A DNA stretch of 62,979 nt, the filler included, from Saprolegnia diclina VS20 (Eukaryota): the NCBI RefSeq assembly GCF_000281045.1. It is 8 parts of 3 records of this genome, joined end to end, with 100 filler letters (N's around TTAATTAATTAA, not from the genome) between each part and the next. Parts side by side here need not be neighbours in the genome. Positions count along the whole stretch, not along the records: positions 1 to 13,102 come from NW_008246073.1; 7 more parts are not named here. The stretch is one strand, 5' to 3'. The notes under the pieces were generated by a model. The model did no database searches, had not been told where the DNA came from, and worked only from the letters and a program-made list of their open reading frames with translations. Shown in pieces: positions 1-12,619 of this stretch. The position numbers and the translations under genes were made by a program. Numbering within the stretch: the stretch's first letter is position 1; every line of letters starts with the position of its first letter.

Positions 1-383
1 GATGTCTAGGCCATAAAAATACGTATAAAACCACGTGTTTCCGCATACTGTCGCACGGGTGTGCAGGAAGTAGCGTACATTCACGGTAATTTCGACCCGA
101 TTTCCCTGTATTGAAGCGTTGTCCTCGACATTCTTCTCAACATGAAAATCCTGAGATTCGGACAAAATGGACATGTACCGGCGAAAAACCCTCGTGCGCT
201 TCAACTCTAGTGTACTCAACGCTGCTCCGGGGTCCAGGTCGTCGAGACTCGGTACGCGATAGAGTGTGTTGGCTCATAACCTCTGTCGATGCAAGAGCAC
301 TGCTTGCTGCAACTGAGTCGAGTGGCTTAGAGGGTCCAGTTAAGTGCGCTTTGAGTTGTCCTTTTTTCTTCCAATCGATTTCG

Positions 384-3300
384 ATGGCGGCGCACCTCGA
401 GAAGCACGCGGCCGTCGGCGCCGTCACGGCCCTGCACTTCTCGCCCGACGGGTCGCTTCTCTACGCCTGCGTGGGCTCGACCGTGTACTTCTACGACACT
501 GCGACCGGCTGCCAAGTGCACGCGCTCACGGCGATGCGCAACGGCACCGTCCACGGTCTCGACGTCGCCGACCCAGTCGCTGCGCTCTTTGGCCAAAAGA
601 TGCTTGCGGTTCTCGCGCATGCGCCGTCGTCGCCAGCAGACGACATGCGCCGCATGCACGTGGTGCAAAAGGAGTTTCCAGATTGGATTCTCGACGCGCG
701 CTTGCTCAGCAACGAGCCGACGGCCGCTGGTGCGTTGCCGCTCGTGGCCGTCGGCATGGCCCACAACCTCGTGCACGTGTGGAACCCGACGACAGATGCC
801 ATTGTGCACAGCGTGCGCTGCTCGGAGCGGTCGATCTTGGTACGCTCCATGTTCTACCACCTCTCTCTTATCGTGGGATGGATAGTATGCCATGGGCCTC
901 TATGGCCGGTCGCTCGACTCGCTCGTCGTTGCCGCCGGGACGGTCTTTCAGGTACGTTTGGATGCGCTTCGGTGTCGTCTTTGATCGTAGGACGTAGCAC
1001 ATTCTGCTGTGGAACCCCATGGGCGATGGCCAACCCGTCCAGCGACTGCACCAGCACGGTACACACCATGAATCTGCAGCGACATCGAACCGTAATATCG
1101 TGCAGACGGCGTGCTCTTCAAGCTCCAGTGGTCCGACGACGGCCAGCGCCTCGCGTCCGTCTCGGACGATCGGTCAGTACAGCTCTGGGCTAACGGCAGC
1201 ACCGGCGTAACCAGCCCCACGACGACGCTCAGCCGTCCCTTCGAGAGCGTCTTTCGAGGGTGGGGCCACACGGCTCGCATTTGGGATGTCAAGGTACCCC
1301 TTGCTTACGGTCGCCTGATCATTACAACAAGTGCGGTAGTTTACTTCGCTGGGCCTCGTCACGGCGAGCGAAGACGCGACGTGCAAGTTGTGGGATCTCT
1401 CCACCAGCCAGTGTGTTGCGACGCTGCACGGCCACACGGACGTCAACGTTTGGCGACTCGCGGTGCACCCGTCGCAGCCGCATCTGATTGCGTCCGGTGG
1501 CGGTGACAATGCCGTCAAAACCTGGGACCTCCGTCTCCACGTCTTCAACCAAGCCCCGCCGGCGGTGACGCTCCCCTCGGTGCACGCGACCGTCCGCGCC
1601 ATGGCGATGACCAAAACCCATGTCTATGCGATCACCGACAAGTCGACGCTCGTCGCGCAAGCACTGGCGGTCGGTGCCGCGCCGTCGTCCGTTGCGCTTA
1701 CCTACAACGCGTGCAGCCTCGACACCTCGGACGACGACGGCGTCATTGCCGTCGGTGACGTCCGCGGCGTCGTCCACATCTACGATGCGCAGCTGCAGTC
1801 GTTGCTCGAGTGGCAGGCGCACGCCACAAGCCGCGTCCTGTACGTGTGGCTCCACGCGCCCAACCGCGTCTTGACGTCAAGCGTCGACATGCACTTGCAC
1901 GAGTGGGCGCTCGATGTGACGACCAAGACTGTGACGCTCCTCCGGTCCGTCACGAGCCGGACACCGAAGGCGTGCGTCTCCAGCTACGCGTTCACCGACG
2001 ACGCGGGGCTCTGGACGGGCGACAGCCGCGGGAACCTCGCCTACTACACGGCGCAGTCATCGTCGCCGACGCACGTACTCGCCCACGCCCACGGCGACGA
2101 CATTGTGTCGAGCGTACTCTGGCGCGACAACAAGCTCTACTCAACGGGCCACGACGGGTACCTGACTGTCACCGAGCGCGTCAACGGCGTCTTTGCCATC
2201 ACGCGCAAGCAGTCGATCAAGGGCCTCGCGACGCTCAAGCGCGTTTGGTTCGAGGGCGATGATCTCCTTGTGTTTGGTTTCCACGCCAAAACCGCGCACA
2301 TAGTCAACGTCTCGCAGTCGTTCCGTCGGGTCTCGGTCACCACAGGCGGGTGGCGCAGCCCGCACGCGCTCCGCGTCGCCTGTGCCACCGACCACGCGCT
2401 GTGCGTCGGTCAAAAAGATACGATACTGCTCCACGCGTCGAGCTCGCTCCTCGAAGCAACGCGGCCAACGACGTCGGTGCACGGCCAGATGCACCACAGC
2501 AAAACCGCCTGCTGCGTCGAGTGGGACCCCGTGACCAAGCTGCTGCTAACGGGCGGCGAAGACAACGCGCTCAAGGTCTATGCCTACGACACCCAGCGCC
2601 AGGTACAGTCCAGTGGGACTTGAGGAAACGATGACACAACGCTTCTAGGTCCTCGACTGCATCGACTCGGTGAGCATGCATACGACCAACATTCGAGCAC
2701 TCGCCGTCACCGACAACTATGTGCTATCGGCGGGCGGGAAGCAGTCGGTGCACGTGTGGCGTCTGCACGAGAAGCGGCTGCAGCACGTCGGTGAGCATAC
2801 GCCGAGCGACGCGCCGCAGGACCAGCGCATCCTTGCCCTCGCCGCGACGCAACTGGGCGACGGCCACACCCTTGCGTTTGCAGGGTCCTCGGAAGGTGCG
2901 GTGACAGCGCTGCTTATCGACACGGCCGGTCATATCCATGTCGCTGGCGTCTTTGGCACGTCGACGCAAAAGCCGATCTTGTCCTGCGGGCTCTACCACG
3001 AGGCCAATACGCTCTACTTGGCGACCGGCGCGACCGACGGCAAGGTCGTCCTCTGGCACCTCACCGACGCCGTCGCGACAAGCAACTACACGGCGTTGAC
3101 GCCGGCGTACGTCTACACGGCCCATGACATGGGCGTCAACTGCCTCAGCGTCCTCGCCGACGGCCCGTCGCGCTTTCACATTGTGACCGGCGGCGACGAT
3201 CAGTGCATCGCGCATGCTACGTTGACGCTCGCCTCGGATGGCGGGCTCGCAGAGACGACGCACCACGCCGGCGTCCGCAATGCCAGTGCGTCGGCGCTCA

Positions 3301-3527
3301 AGGCGATTCGGTGTGTCGGCAACGTCGTCGTCGCCGGCGGCTACGACCAGCGCGTGACCGTGTGGCGCTGGAACGACTCTCGCTCGGCCTTGAAGTGGGC
3401 GGCGGCTGCCTTGTCCGAGACGGCCGACATTGCAGGCCTCGGCGTCTACGAGGCGCTTGATGCGACAGCACTGCAGATCGTCGCGGTCGGAAAAGGCCTG
3501 CAAGTGTGCACGTTCACCGAAGAATGA
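384..3527 (+). CDS. WDR6: WD40-repeat protein, WDR6/Trm734-like (multi-exon)
   Basis: Spliced reading gives LYAMGLYGRSLDSLVVAAGTVFQ, LASVSDDRSVQLW, GHTARIWDVK, TASEDATCKLW, LATGATDGKVVLW and HDMGVNCL, a motif series characteristic of WDR6. GT..AG introns lie near 840, 952, 1059, 1293 and 2603; ATG 384, TGA 3525-3527. Internal exon borders are approximate. Confidence 0.8.
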
Positions 3528-3588
3528 AGGGATGCACGACGTGTATTCAGTGAGATTAAGACAAGATATATATACCCTTGCGGTGGGT

Positions 3589-4008
<420 letters not shown>

Positions 4009-4900
4009 GGCGCTGGTCGGGTGCTTCGGGGCTCAAGCGGCTGGAAGAAGAATGGGACCAAAGTTCCGCAACGGCTACCTCGCCGAATTCGAATTCTATT
4101 GCATACAAACTTCAAGTCCTTTGGCACTGTTTCCACGCGCGTTCCCCGTGCCCTAGCGAAATACACCAATCACGTGCATTTGAGATGCCTAATTTGGGAG
4201 AGGTCCGGCGACCATCATTCTCAACTTCCCCTATCATACAAACACCAAATGGGGTGGGTTGTGGGAAGGGGGCTGTTCCATACCTTCAAGTAGGACTTGT
4301 CCGAATATCGAAAATGGATCTTTTTCTTCTCGGGACTGGACAGGCCCACCGACTTGATAAGCGCTCGCTCGCATTGCGCTTGAGCCGACCGGCAATGGCG
4401 GACAGCTTCATCAAGAGAACCGAGAGATGCGGTGTAGGCATCCGAATGGGGTGGTCAGATAATGACGACTAAGAATATAGTCTCTGCTACTAGTAGGGGC
4501 GGGTGCGCATGATCCGCTGCGTTGGCCCATAAATGTCAGCTTAAACTGGCAGGTCAATGCAGTCATGGATGACCCAGAGCCCGTGCAATGGTGACACGGG
4601 TGTTGGCTACGCCCGCGCCCCCGCGCGCGTCTCGCCGGCAACGGGCTCCCGAGGTTGCTCACGAATCTGCTGCCATACTTCATAAAATAATTTCATGTAA
4701 ACCCTTACAAGCATGAAGTCATATTAAATGTTTGTATTAAATTGGGCTGGCCGAAGCCCGGTTTCGAAATGGCGGGCCGCTCAACCTATCACAACGTCCT
4801 GATTTCAGCCAATGGCATCGCCGGATTCGACGCACCGGCCGCGGCCGCGGCCGCGATCTTGACGGAATGGCAGCAGAATCCCTTTCGTCCTCGTCTCGGA

Positions 4901-5875
4901 ATGGAGCGCTTTAGCTACTCGCGCAACGGCGGCGTCGACCTGAGCTGCAGTGTGCGCGTCTCGGTGCCCAGCACCGTCGTCGTCGACGGCAAGACGTACT
5001 ACAAGGTCGCAATGAAGACTGTCAAGACAGCGCCGGCCAAGTCGTGGGAGGTCGTGCACCGATACTCGGAGTTCCTCGCCCTCAAGCAAACGCTCCATGC
5101 GCACTTGAGCGAGCAAACGGAACTCGAGAAGACGTGCCCGGGCTGCCAGCACTATATGCATGCGCTTGGCCAATTTGACTTTCCGCGCAAGCACCTCTTC
5201 TCGTCCAACTCGGCCATGGTCATCAAGTACCGCCAGGTTTCGCTCCAAGCCTTTGTCTCGATGCTGGCGTCGCACACGTTCACAACAGCGCCGCGGTGCC
5301 CCACGTGCAGCGGCCACGCGTTTGAGCTCGTGCGCGACTTCTTCATCGTGAACGACAATCCATCGATCCTCGAGAAGCTCCCGATGCCGATCCAAGAGGC
5401 CGGCAAGTCCGAGTCGCTGCGGTCGGCGCTCACGGTCGACAACTTTCTTGAAGTTCATCCCGTCGCGCGCGACACGGTCGTCAACAGCGATGGCGAGTTT
5501 CTCTCGTCGCCGGCCAAACCGTCCCCCGGCGAGCCATCCCCTTCGAAGCAACGCGGGTCGTCCAAACAGCCTCCGCCAGCGCCCTTGCCATCGGCAAAAG
5601 TAGGCCACATCCAGACAAGCCAGCCTATGCCGGCCAAGGTGTCGGCGTCGGTGCCAGACGCGCCCCTCGATGTTGACCGCTACTCGTTCGAGAGCGGCAT
5701 GCCCATCGCTACTAACCCACCGCCGGTCGTGCGTGAAGAGAGCGCCGAAGACGACGACGACAACTTGTCTTTTGACGGCGTCCGCATCTCGGACCAGGAC
5801 GACGAGAATGCGTTAAACATGGACTTTCTCGCGCCGAAACTGAAGGCCCAGCCCTCAGTGCCCACGACCTTCTAG
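4901..5875 (+). CDS. PX (phox homology) domain protein with Pro/Ser-rich and acidic C-terminus
   Basis: KTYYKV...WEVVHRYSEFLALKQTL...FPRKHLF...VIKYRQVSLQAFV matches the PX signature; intronless ORF starting at ATG 4901. Confidence 0.8.
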   Translation: MERFSYSRNGGVDLSCSVRVSVPSTVVVDGKTYYKVAMKTVKTAPAKSWEVVHRYSEFLALKQTLHAHLSEQTELEKTCPGCQHYMHALGQFDFPRKHLFSSNSAMVIKYRQVSLQAFVSMLASHTFTTAPRCPTCSGHAFELVRDFFIVNDNPSILEKLPMPIQEAGKSESLRSALTVDNFLEVHPVARDTVVNSDGEFLSSPAKPSPGEPSPSKQRGSSKQPPPAPLPSAKVGHIQTSQPMPAKVSASVPDAPLDVDRYSFESGMPIATNPPPVVREESAEDDDDNLSFDGVRISDQDDENALNMDFLAPKLKAQPSVPTTF

Positions 5876-6263
5876 TCAACGATGCGTCTAACTTAAAACC
5901 CACGATTAACGCACATCGTTGACAGCCTCTACGCACTTGCACTGGTGCTTTCCAGCCGAAGCTGTCGACTTCGTCAGTAGAGAGCGGGACATTGTATGCG
6001 TGGCTTCGTCAAGAACATGCGCATGAGACCTACCTTGGTCACGTCATGTTCATATGTAGCGACTCAAAAGGGCCATGTCGTAATTGTGGGGTGCACGTTG
6101 AGGTGTCCATGTGGCTGCCGTACTGCGAATGTATTCTTTATCAACCCGCTAAGCTTACAGTAATGCACTAAGTAGCGAACTGGCAAGAGGAGTTTAGGGT
6201 TGATAGTTATAAATTTATGGTAGGAAAAGGTTCAAACGGATGCGGGTAGCGACAGCGGGCTGG

Positions 6264-7307
6264 TTAAAAGTCGGCGTCGAGCGTGAAGGACTGGTCCTCG
6301 GCTGAGACGCCGACGCCCGACTTGGAGTACTCGCCGACGCGCTTCTCGAAAAAGTTGGTCTTGCCCTGGAGCGAGATCATGTCCATCCAGTCGAACGGGT
6401 TCTTGGCGTTGTAGAGCTTGGTGGCACCGAGCGCATGAAGGAGGCGGTCGGCGCAGAACTCAATGTACTCGCACATCAAGGCCGAGTTCATGCCAATGAG
6501 CTCGACGGGGAGCGACTCGGACACAAACTGTTTCTCGATCGTGACCGCGTCGCCAACGATCTCGTGGACGCGTTCGTTCGAAAGCTTGTTGATAAGCTTC
6601 GAGTACATGAGGCACGCAAAGTCGCAGTGGAGGCCTTCGTCGCGCGAGATGAGCTCGTTCGAGAAGCTCAGACCAGGCATGAGCCCGCGCTTCTTAAGCC
6701 AAAAGATCGAGCAAAACGACCCGGAAAAGAAGATACCCTCGACAGCGGCAAAGGCGACGATGCGCTCCGCATAGGCCGCAATTTGGTTGTTGCACCACTT
6801 GAGCGCCCACTGGGCCTTGCGCTGGACGCACGGGATCGTGTCAATGGCGCGCAAAACGCGGTCCTTCTCGACCGTGTCCTTGATGTACGTGTCGATGAGG
6901 AGCGAGTAGACTTCCGAGTGGATGTTTTCGATCGCAATCTGGAAGCCGTAGAAGCAGCGCGCTTCCGGCACCTGCACTTCGTTCGAGAAGTTCATGGCAA
7001 GGTTCTCGTTGACAATGCCGTCCGAGGCAGCGAAGAACGCCAGCACGTGCGTGATGAAGAAGCGCTCGTTGTCGCTGAGCTTCTCCCAGTCCTTCTGGTC
7101 GTGGACCAGGTCGAGCTCCTCGGCGGTCCAGAAGCTCGCCTCGGCCTTCTTGTACATCTCCCACACGTCGGCGTGCTGGATCGGGAAGAGCACGAAGCGG
7201 TTCGGGTTTTCCGAGAGGAAGGGCTCGGGCGCGAGCTCGCCGTTGAGCTCGCGGCGCTTGTACTCGGTGATGTCGCCGATGATCTCGGGCTGCGGGAGGG
7301 CGACCAT
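6264..7307 (-). CDS. RNR2: Ribonucleotide reductase small subunit (R2)
   Basis: [76 protein letters not shown] and C-terminal FTLDADF. Confidence 0.98.
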   Translation of the reverse strand: MVALPQPEIIGDITEYKRRELNGELAPEPFLSENPNRFVLFPIQHADVWEMYKKAEASFWTAEELDLVHDQKDWEKLSDNERFFITHVLAFFAASDGIVNENLAMNFSNEVQVPEARCFYGFQIAIENIHSEVYSLLIDTYIKDTVEKDRVLRAIDTIPCVQRKAQWALKWCNNQIAAYAERIVAFAAVEGIFFSGSFCSIFWLKKRGLMPGLSFSNELISRDEGLHCDFACLMYSKLINKLSNERVHEIVGDAVTIEKQFVSESLPVELIGMNSALMCEYIEFCADRLLHALGATKLYNAKNPFDWMDMISLQGKTNFFEKRVGEYSKSGVGVSAEDQSFTLDADF

Positions 7308-7373
7308 GCTACTGCTGTGGCACGTACTTGGTCGATTGAAAAGTGAACTGCGAGATGTCGTCGACAAGCCATC

Positions 7374-7400
7374 TTGGCGGCAAACCCAGCGCCCGCCAAA
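7374..7400 (-). promoter_or_regulatory. Two E2F-type sites upstream of RNR2
   Basis: Minus-strand TTTGCCGC (7377-7384) and TTTGGCGG (7393-7400) fit TTTSSCGS; an INR-like TCACTTTT lies on the minus strand at about 7339-7346. Confidence 0.45.
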
Positions 7401-8384
7401 ACGACTCCGGATACGAATTCGCTTAAAACGTAAAAAGGTGGCGTCGTGTCAGCCTACGCAGTCTGCGACAGGGCGACTTTGTACTTGATTACGCGAATCG
7501 AGGTGGCGGCCAGGGCTGTTTTTATTGCCAACGCGTGTATTTTTAATGTGGCCCCAGTGGGCGTTTGTATGCAGCCGCCAGTCGTTTTGCGCTGGCGTTG
7601 GATTAAAAATACGCCGGACACGTTTTAATATCGCACCGAGGGCCGGCGAAGGACGCTCTCCCAAAGATCGCGTGCAAGATGGCGGCCAGCGCCATCTTGG
7701 CAACGAGATGACGACAAGAATACAGCGCTGGATGCAGTGTACTTGTGTAGCGTGCGAGAAGAGATGCGACCGGGGTGGGCGAAATGACGATAGATGGGTG
7801 GGACAGGGACGTCTGTCCACCCGCGCCTCGAGCCAATCGCCTTGGCGGTGGCCGCGCCATAGCATCGCCTCGTCCGTCATGGCGCCAATCCAAAGCGTTG
7901 ACTTCGGCGCACGCCACTTGCGCCACTTGGCACGACCAGACGAGATACATCGGCCGATCAGTAGCCAATTGGCAGCGAGCCAGATGCGCGCCGCGTCTCG
8001 CCGTTCGGATTTGCCGCGAAACGTTCCCGCCAAGCAACGACATGAGCGACTTGGCGCGCTTTTGCTCAACAGAAGAAGCTTCCGTGGGTCTTTGCGACAA
8101 AAGTCGGACTTGCAGAGGAGACTCAATCGCATCATCACTCTCTGCGCCGTCCATGCAGCACAGATACCATTGATTGGTAGCTGGGAGGATCCACCACTTG
8201 GCAGCATGAACATAACAAGAACAACCTGCCGTCACTTGCTGCAGCGATCGGCCGAGGTGGCGTATCGATCATTGCACAATTCCAAGGCTTCCTTGACATG
8301 CGAAGCGCGTACGACGCATGCGAATCGAATGCAAAGAAAGACGTGGGATTCGGTTTGAGATGAACAGTCGACAAATTATCTGCT

Positions 8385-11300
8385 CTATGCCGTTGCATGT
8401 TGGTGGACCTTGTCGAGGTAGCCGCCTTCACTGCAGAGCTCAAAGAAGATGCCGTCGCCTTGGGCAATGAGGGTGCTTGGGCTGTCGCACTGGACGAGGC
8501 GGCCGTGGTCAAACACGAGGATCCGGTCGCAGTCCAAAACCGTGTCGAGACGGTGGGCGATCGTGAGGACCGTCGAGTCGGCAAACTCGGTGCGAATCAC
8601 GTGCTGCAGCTTCTGGTCCGTCGCGTGGTCCATGGCCGCCGTCGCTTCGTCCATGACGACGACCTTGGCGCGCAAGAGGAGCGCACGCGCCATGCACAGC
8701 ATTTGGCGCTCGCCGACGCTAAAGTTCTCGCCGTTCTCCTCGACGTCGCTGCTCAAGCCGTCCTTCTCGGTGCGTTCGACCAAGTTGACCTTGCGCAGCA
8801 CATTCCAGAGGTCGTCGTCTTGAAACTGGTCAAACGGGTCGAGATATTGGCGGAGCGTGCCCTTGAAGAGGACCGGGTTTTGCGGAATGATCGCAATGCT
8901 TTCGCGGAGCGTCTTGAGCCCGACCGATGCGCAGTTGACACCGTCGATCGAGATGGACCCGGCCGCGAGCTCGTTGATGCGGAAGAGCGCCATGGTCAAG
9001 CTCGACTTGCCAGCCCCCGTGCGACCGACGATGCCGACCTTTTCCCGGCCCCGAAGCGCGACGCAAACGTCCTTGAACACGAGCGGGTCGTTCTCCTTGT
9101 AGCGGAAGCTGACGTTGTTGAACGTAATCGCGCCCTGCGACGGCCACGACTGCGTCGAGACGGCGCCAGGAATCACGCGCGGCGCCTCCGGTGGGATCTG
9201 CGTGTACTCGATGATGCGCTCGGGGGACACCATGTTCTTTTCAATCTCGGACGCGTCTTGGATGAGGTACTGGAGGTTGAGCGGCACGTTGAGCGCATAG
9301 TTGAAGACGAGGCCGACAAGACCGGGCGTCAAGTACACGCGCGCGTAGACAAGCGAGAGCGAGATGACGAGGATCATGCTGGCCGAGAGGAGCTGGTTCT
9401 GGAGCATGAACCAGAGCTCGACGATCTGCTTGGCGTACACCGACTCGTTGTACCGGTTGACATTGCGGTGGTGAAGACGCTGGAAGCGGCGCTCTTGTTT
9501 GGCGCCAAACGCGCGGATGACGACCGCGCCGTCGATCGCTTCCGAGATCAAGTTGATCATGGGCGAGTACGTGACCTTCCCGAGGCGCTCAATCTCGCGG
9601 GCCGGTTGGAGGTAAAAGCTCCCGACGCGGTAGTAGACGTAAAACAGCGGCAAAATGAAAAAACTCAGCGACCGGACGACCACGATCGTCGTGCCCATCG
9701 CAAAGAGCACGATGAAGAACGTAGCGAGTACAAACATGAACGAGAAGGGCACGCCGACGTCGAGTGCGTTAAAGTCGCCCGCGAACCGGTTCAAAATGCG
9801 GCCGGTTGGATTCGTGTCGAAGAACTTCATCGGGGCGGCGAGGAGCGCCGACGTCATTTGGTCAAAGAGCGCGCGGGACGCCTTCCGACCCGCAAAGCCG
9901 ACGCTGAGGATGCGCACCATGACGATCGACGCGCTCCCGAGCGAAAAGCACGCGTACACACCGACGTTCCACGCGGCGTTGGCCTGGAAGACGTCGGGCG
10001 ACTCGACGGCCGACGACGCCGACCACTTGCTGAGCCAGAGGTCACCGCAGACCGCGAGGCCCTGCCATGTCGACTGGACGCAGAGCAGAAGCACGACGAC
10101 CGGCCACCCACCGGCCGCGCGAAAGTACGCGCCAAAGACGTTGGATGAGACGCGGCCTTCGGAGCGAAACTCTTCGTCGACGAGTTTGCCGTGGACGAGC
10201 GGCTCTTCAAAGGTGCCGTCGGCGTTCTGCCGGGGCGTGTACACCATCTCGTGAAAGCCACCGGGCACATACGGCGACCGCAGCGACGGCGAGAGCAAGT
10301 GCGGCGCGACATTCGAGATCGTGGTCACGTCATCCATCACGTCATTGTCGTCGTCGTCATCGTTGGTGTACGACATGATCGGGTGCGCGGCGAGCGGTGA
10401 AAGGGCCAAGTCGAAGGTTTCTTTGGCCGTGTTGACAGTTTGCTTGCAGATGCCGTTGCTGATCTCAATCGTACGGTCGATGTGCTTGGACGCAATGATC
10501 TCGGGGTTGTGCGTCACGAGCAGCACCGTCTTCTTGGACAAGAGGCCGAGAAAGCACTTGGTGAAAATCTCGTTCGAGACGATCGCGTCCACCGCGGACA
10601 AGGGCGAGTCCAAAATGAACACGTCGCCGTCGTTGTAGCACGCGCGGGCGAGCGCAATGCGCGCCTTCTGGCCGCCGCTGAGGTTGACGCCCTTCTGGCC
10701 AATCTCGGTGCGGTCGCCGGCGGGGAAAGCGGCGAGATCTTTTGTCAACGCGCAGGCGTCAATGACAGCAGCGTACTTTTTGCGGTCGTACGGCTTGCCA
10801 AAGAGGATGTTTTCGCGGATCGTCATGTTTTGAATCCACGCCTGCTGCGAAAAGTACGAGACGCGGCCACCGACAAAGACCGACCCGCGCAGCTTGTCGA
10901 GCTCGCCGAGGAGGATCGAGCAGAGCGACGACTTGCCTTCGCCGACAAGGCCGTGGACGACGACAAGCTCGCCTTGGTGGATGCGCAGATTAAAGTCGGC
11001 AAAAATGGGGTTTTCGGGGTCCCATCCAAACGCACCGTCTTCGATCGCGATTGCAACCTTGTCGGCAGCCAGCGGCGCGAGCTGGTCGGAAGGCAGCGTC
11101 GACGGCGTCTGGACACGGTCTATCGGTCGCTCGGGCAGCGCCAGAAAAGCATCGAGGCGACGCACCGAGACAAGCCCCGTGAGTGCCGACGTCAAGGTGT
11201 GCGGAAAGTTGTTGAGCGGCGTTGAGAGCGAGTTGAAGAGCGCGAGGGCACCAAAGACCTTGGCGATCGTCACGTCTTCACGCAGCAGCAGCGTGTATGT

Positions 11301-12272
11301 GGCGAGTGACGCGACCGTGACCGTCGCAGGGATGATGTACGCCATTGAGATGGTTGCGCTCGCCAATGCAAAGAGGCGTCGGAGCGACTGCACTTCTTTG
11401 GCCCGCAGCGCGAGGAGCTTGGTCAAGACGGCGTCTTCGGCGGCTTGTAGCTTAAGAATCTGGATGGCACTCACGACTTCATGTACAAACCGCATGCGAG
11501 CGTCCTTTTGCGCCATGAGCGTGTCCATCGCACGGTACCGGAGCTTGACGAGGACGTTTGTGATAGGCGCGCCGAGGACGAGAATGGCCACACCGACAAA
11601 GGTCGCCCACGAGATGATTTTGTAGAGCAAGACGAGCGTGACGACGATCTGCAGCGGCATGAGCCAGAGGTAGTGGACGTAGAACGTCACGCGCAAAATG
11701 GCACTGATGTCGGACGTAAAGTAGTTGGTGAGGTCGCCGGTTGACATGCGCTTCCGGGACGTCGCGTCGAGGCGCAACGTCTTTTCAAAGAGCAGGTGCT
11801 GCAAGCCGGCCGTGAGGCGCACGACGAGGACTTTGTCGAGGTAGTCGGTGTGAGCCGAGAGCAGCGCCGCGGTGACTTGAACGAGAAAGAGGCTACCAAG
11901 CGTTGTCCATAGAAACGAAGACGACGATCCATCCGCGGGCGACTCGAGCGTCGAGAGCACTTGGTGCAGCACATAGGGCCCGTAGAGGGTGCATGGCACG
12001 AGCAAAAGCTGCGCGAGACCGATGAGCGCAAAGCGCCGGCCATGGAGGCGAATAAACGTGCGAAGAAGAGACGCGGTCGCGGCGTACGTCGGTGTAAACG
12101 ACGGGATGACACCGGCACAAGCATTGGAGGCTTCGAGCGGCCACATGTCACTTTGGTCAAGCTGCCGCGTGTGACCGAGCCGAAGCAGCGGAAGGACCCA
12201 AGTAAAGAGCGCACGCGACGCGAGGGACGCCGATGCTACGGGGACAGTGGGCCCGTCCAGAGAGCGCGGCAT
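8385..12272 (-). CDS. ABC transporter subfamily C (MRP-like, TMD-NBD-TMD-NBD), intronless
   Basis: GLVGEGKS, EIGQKGVNLSGGQKARIALARA, GRILNRF, GRTGAGKSS, ENGENFSVGERQ, DEATAAMD, IAHRL; likely start MPRSLD at 12272. Confidence 0.95.
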   Translation of the reverse strand: MPRSLDGPTVPVASASLASRALFTWVLPLLRLGHTRQLDQSDMWPLEASNACAGVIPSFTPTYAATASLLRTFIRLHGRRFALIGLAQLLLVPCTLYGPYVLHQVLSTLESPADGSSSSFLWTTLGSLFLVQVTAALLSAHTDYLDKVLVVRLTAGLQHLLFEKTLRLDATSRKRMSTGDLTNYFTSDISAILRVTFYVHYLWLMPLQIVVTLVLLYKIISWATFVGVAILVLGAPITNVLVKLRYRAMDTLMAQKDARMRFVHEVVSAIQILKLQAAEDAVLTKLLALRAKEVQSLRRLFALASATISMAYIIPATVTVASLATYTLLLREDVTIAKVFGALALFNSLSTPLNNFPHTLTSALTGLVSVRRLDAFLALPERPIDRVQTPSTLPSDQLAPLAADKVAIAIEDGAFGWDPENPIFADFNLRIHQGELVVVHGLVGEGKSSLCSILLGELDKLRGSVFVGGRVSYFSQQAWIQNMTIRENILFGKPYDRKKYAAVIDACALTKDLAAFPAGDRTEIGQKGVNLSGGQKARIALARACYNDGDVFILDSPLSAVDAIVSNEIFTKCFLGLLSKKTVLLVTHNPEIIASKHIDRTIEISNGICKQTVNTAKETFDLALSPLAAHPIMSYTNDDDDDNDVMDDVTTISNVAPHLLSPSLRSPYVPGGFHEMVYTPRQNADGTFEEPLVHGKLVDEEFRSEGRVSSNVFGAYFRAAGGWPVVVLLLCVQSTWQGLAVCGDLWLSKWSASSAVESPDVFQANAAWNVGVYACFSLGSASIVMVRILSVGFAGRKASRALFDQMTSALLAAPMKFFDTNPTGRILNRFAGDFNALDVGVPFSFMFVLATFFIVLFAMGTTIVVVRSLSFFILPLFYVYYRVGSFYLQPAREIERLGKVTYSPMINLISEAIDGAVVIRAFGAKQERRFQRLHHRNVNRYNESVYAKQIVELWFMLQNQLLSASMILVISLSLVYARVYLTPGLVGLVFNYALNVPLNLQYLIQDASEIEKNMVSPERIIEYTQIPPEAPRVIPGAVSTQSWPSQGAITFNNVSFRYKENDPLVFKDVCVALRGREKVGIVGRTGAGKSSLTMALFRINELAAGSISIDGVNCASVGLKTLRESIAIIPQNPVLFKGTLRQYLDPFDQFQDDDLWNVLRKVNLVERTEKDGLSSDVEENGENFSVGERQMLCMARALLLRAKVVVMDEATAAMDHATDQKLQHVIRTEFADSTVLTIAHRLDTVLDCDRILVFDHGRLVQCDSPSTLIAQGDGIFFELCSEGGYLDKVHQHATA

Positions 12273-12619
12273 GTTTTGGACCCAGGGGAGAAAAGGCAAA
12301 GTGAGATCTTGGCGGCGTTGCTCGGTTTCCCGCCGAAGTAACGGTCGCGTTTGAAATTTGCGAAACCATCGATCAGGTTCATGATCTTGTACAATTTGCA
12401 GCAAAAGATCCAGAGCTGAGATGAAAATTTGAGCGCATGAGGTAGACGACTTGGTTTAGTGTAACAACACTAACTACACGGGCTTTAGAGTGCCCTTGCT
12501 ACAGCCTGATGCCATATATTGACACTATTTCCAGAATATGCTGCTCGTGGCTGGAATCAGCTTTCGCAACGATGCATCTTCGTTTTCACTGACAACCGGA
12601 ATGACATCGCATGATGTTA

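Noticed and set aside
7449..8358. Overlapping 210-277 aa ORFs between RNR2 and ABCC
   Set aside because: Non-ATG starts, Arg/Trp/Cys-rich non-coding composition, no recognisable domain; CCAAT/E2F-like words are present but no gene can be supported
8397..10148. 583-aa plus-strand ORF and other long antisense ORFs (e.g. 6435-7346, 24419-25993, 31685-32539)
   Set aside because: Shadows of GC3-rich genes on the opposite strand; no independent motifs
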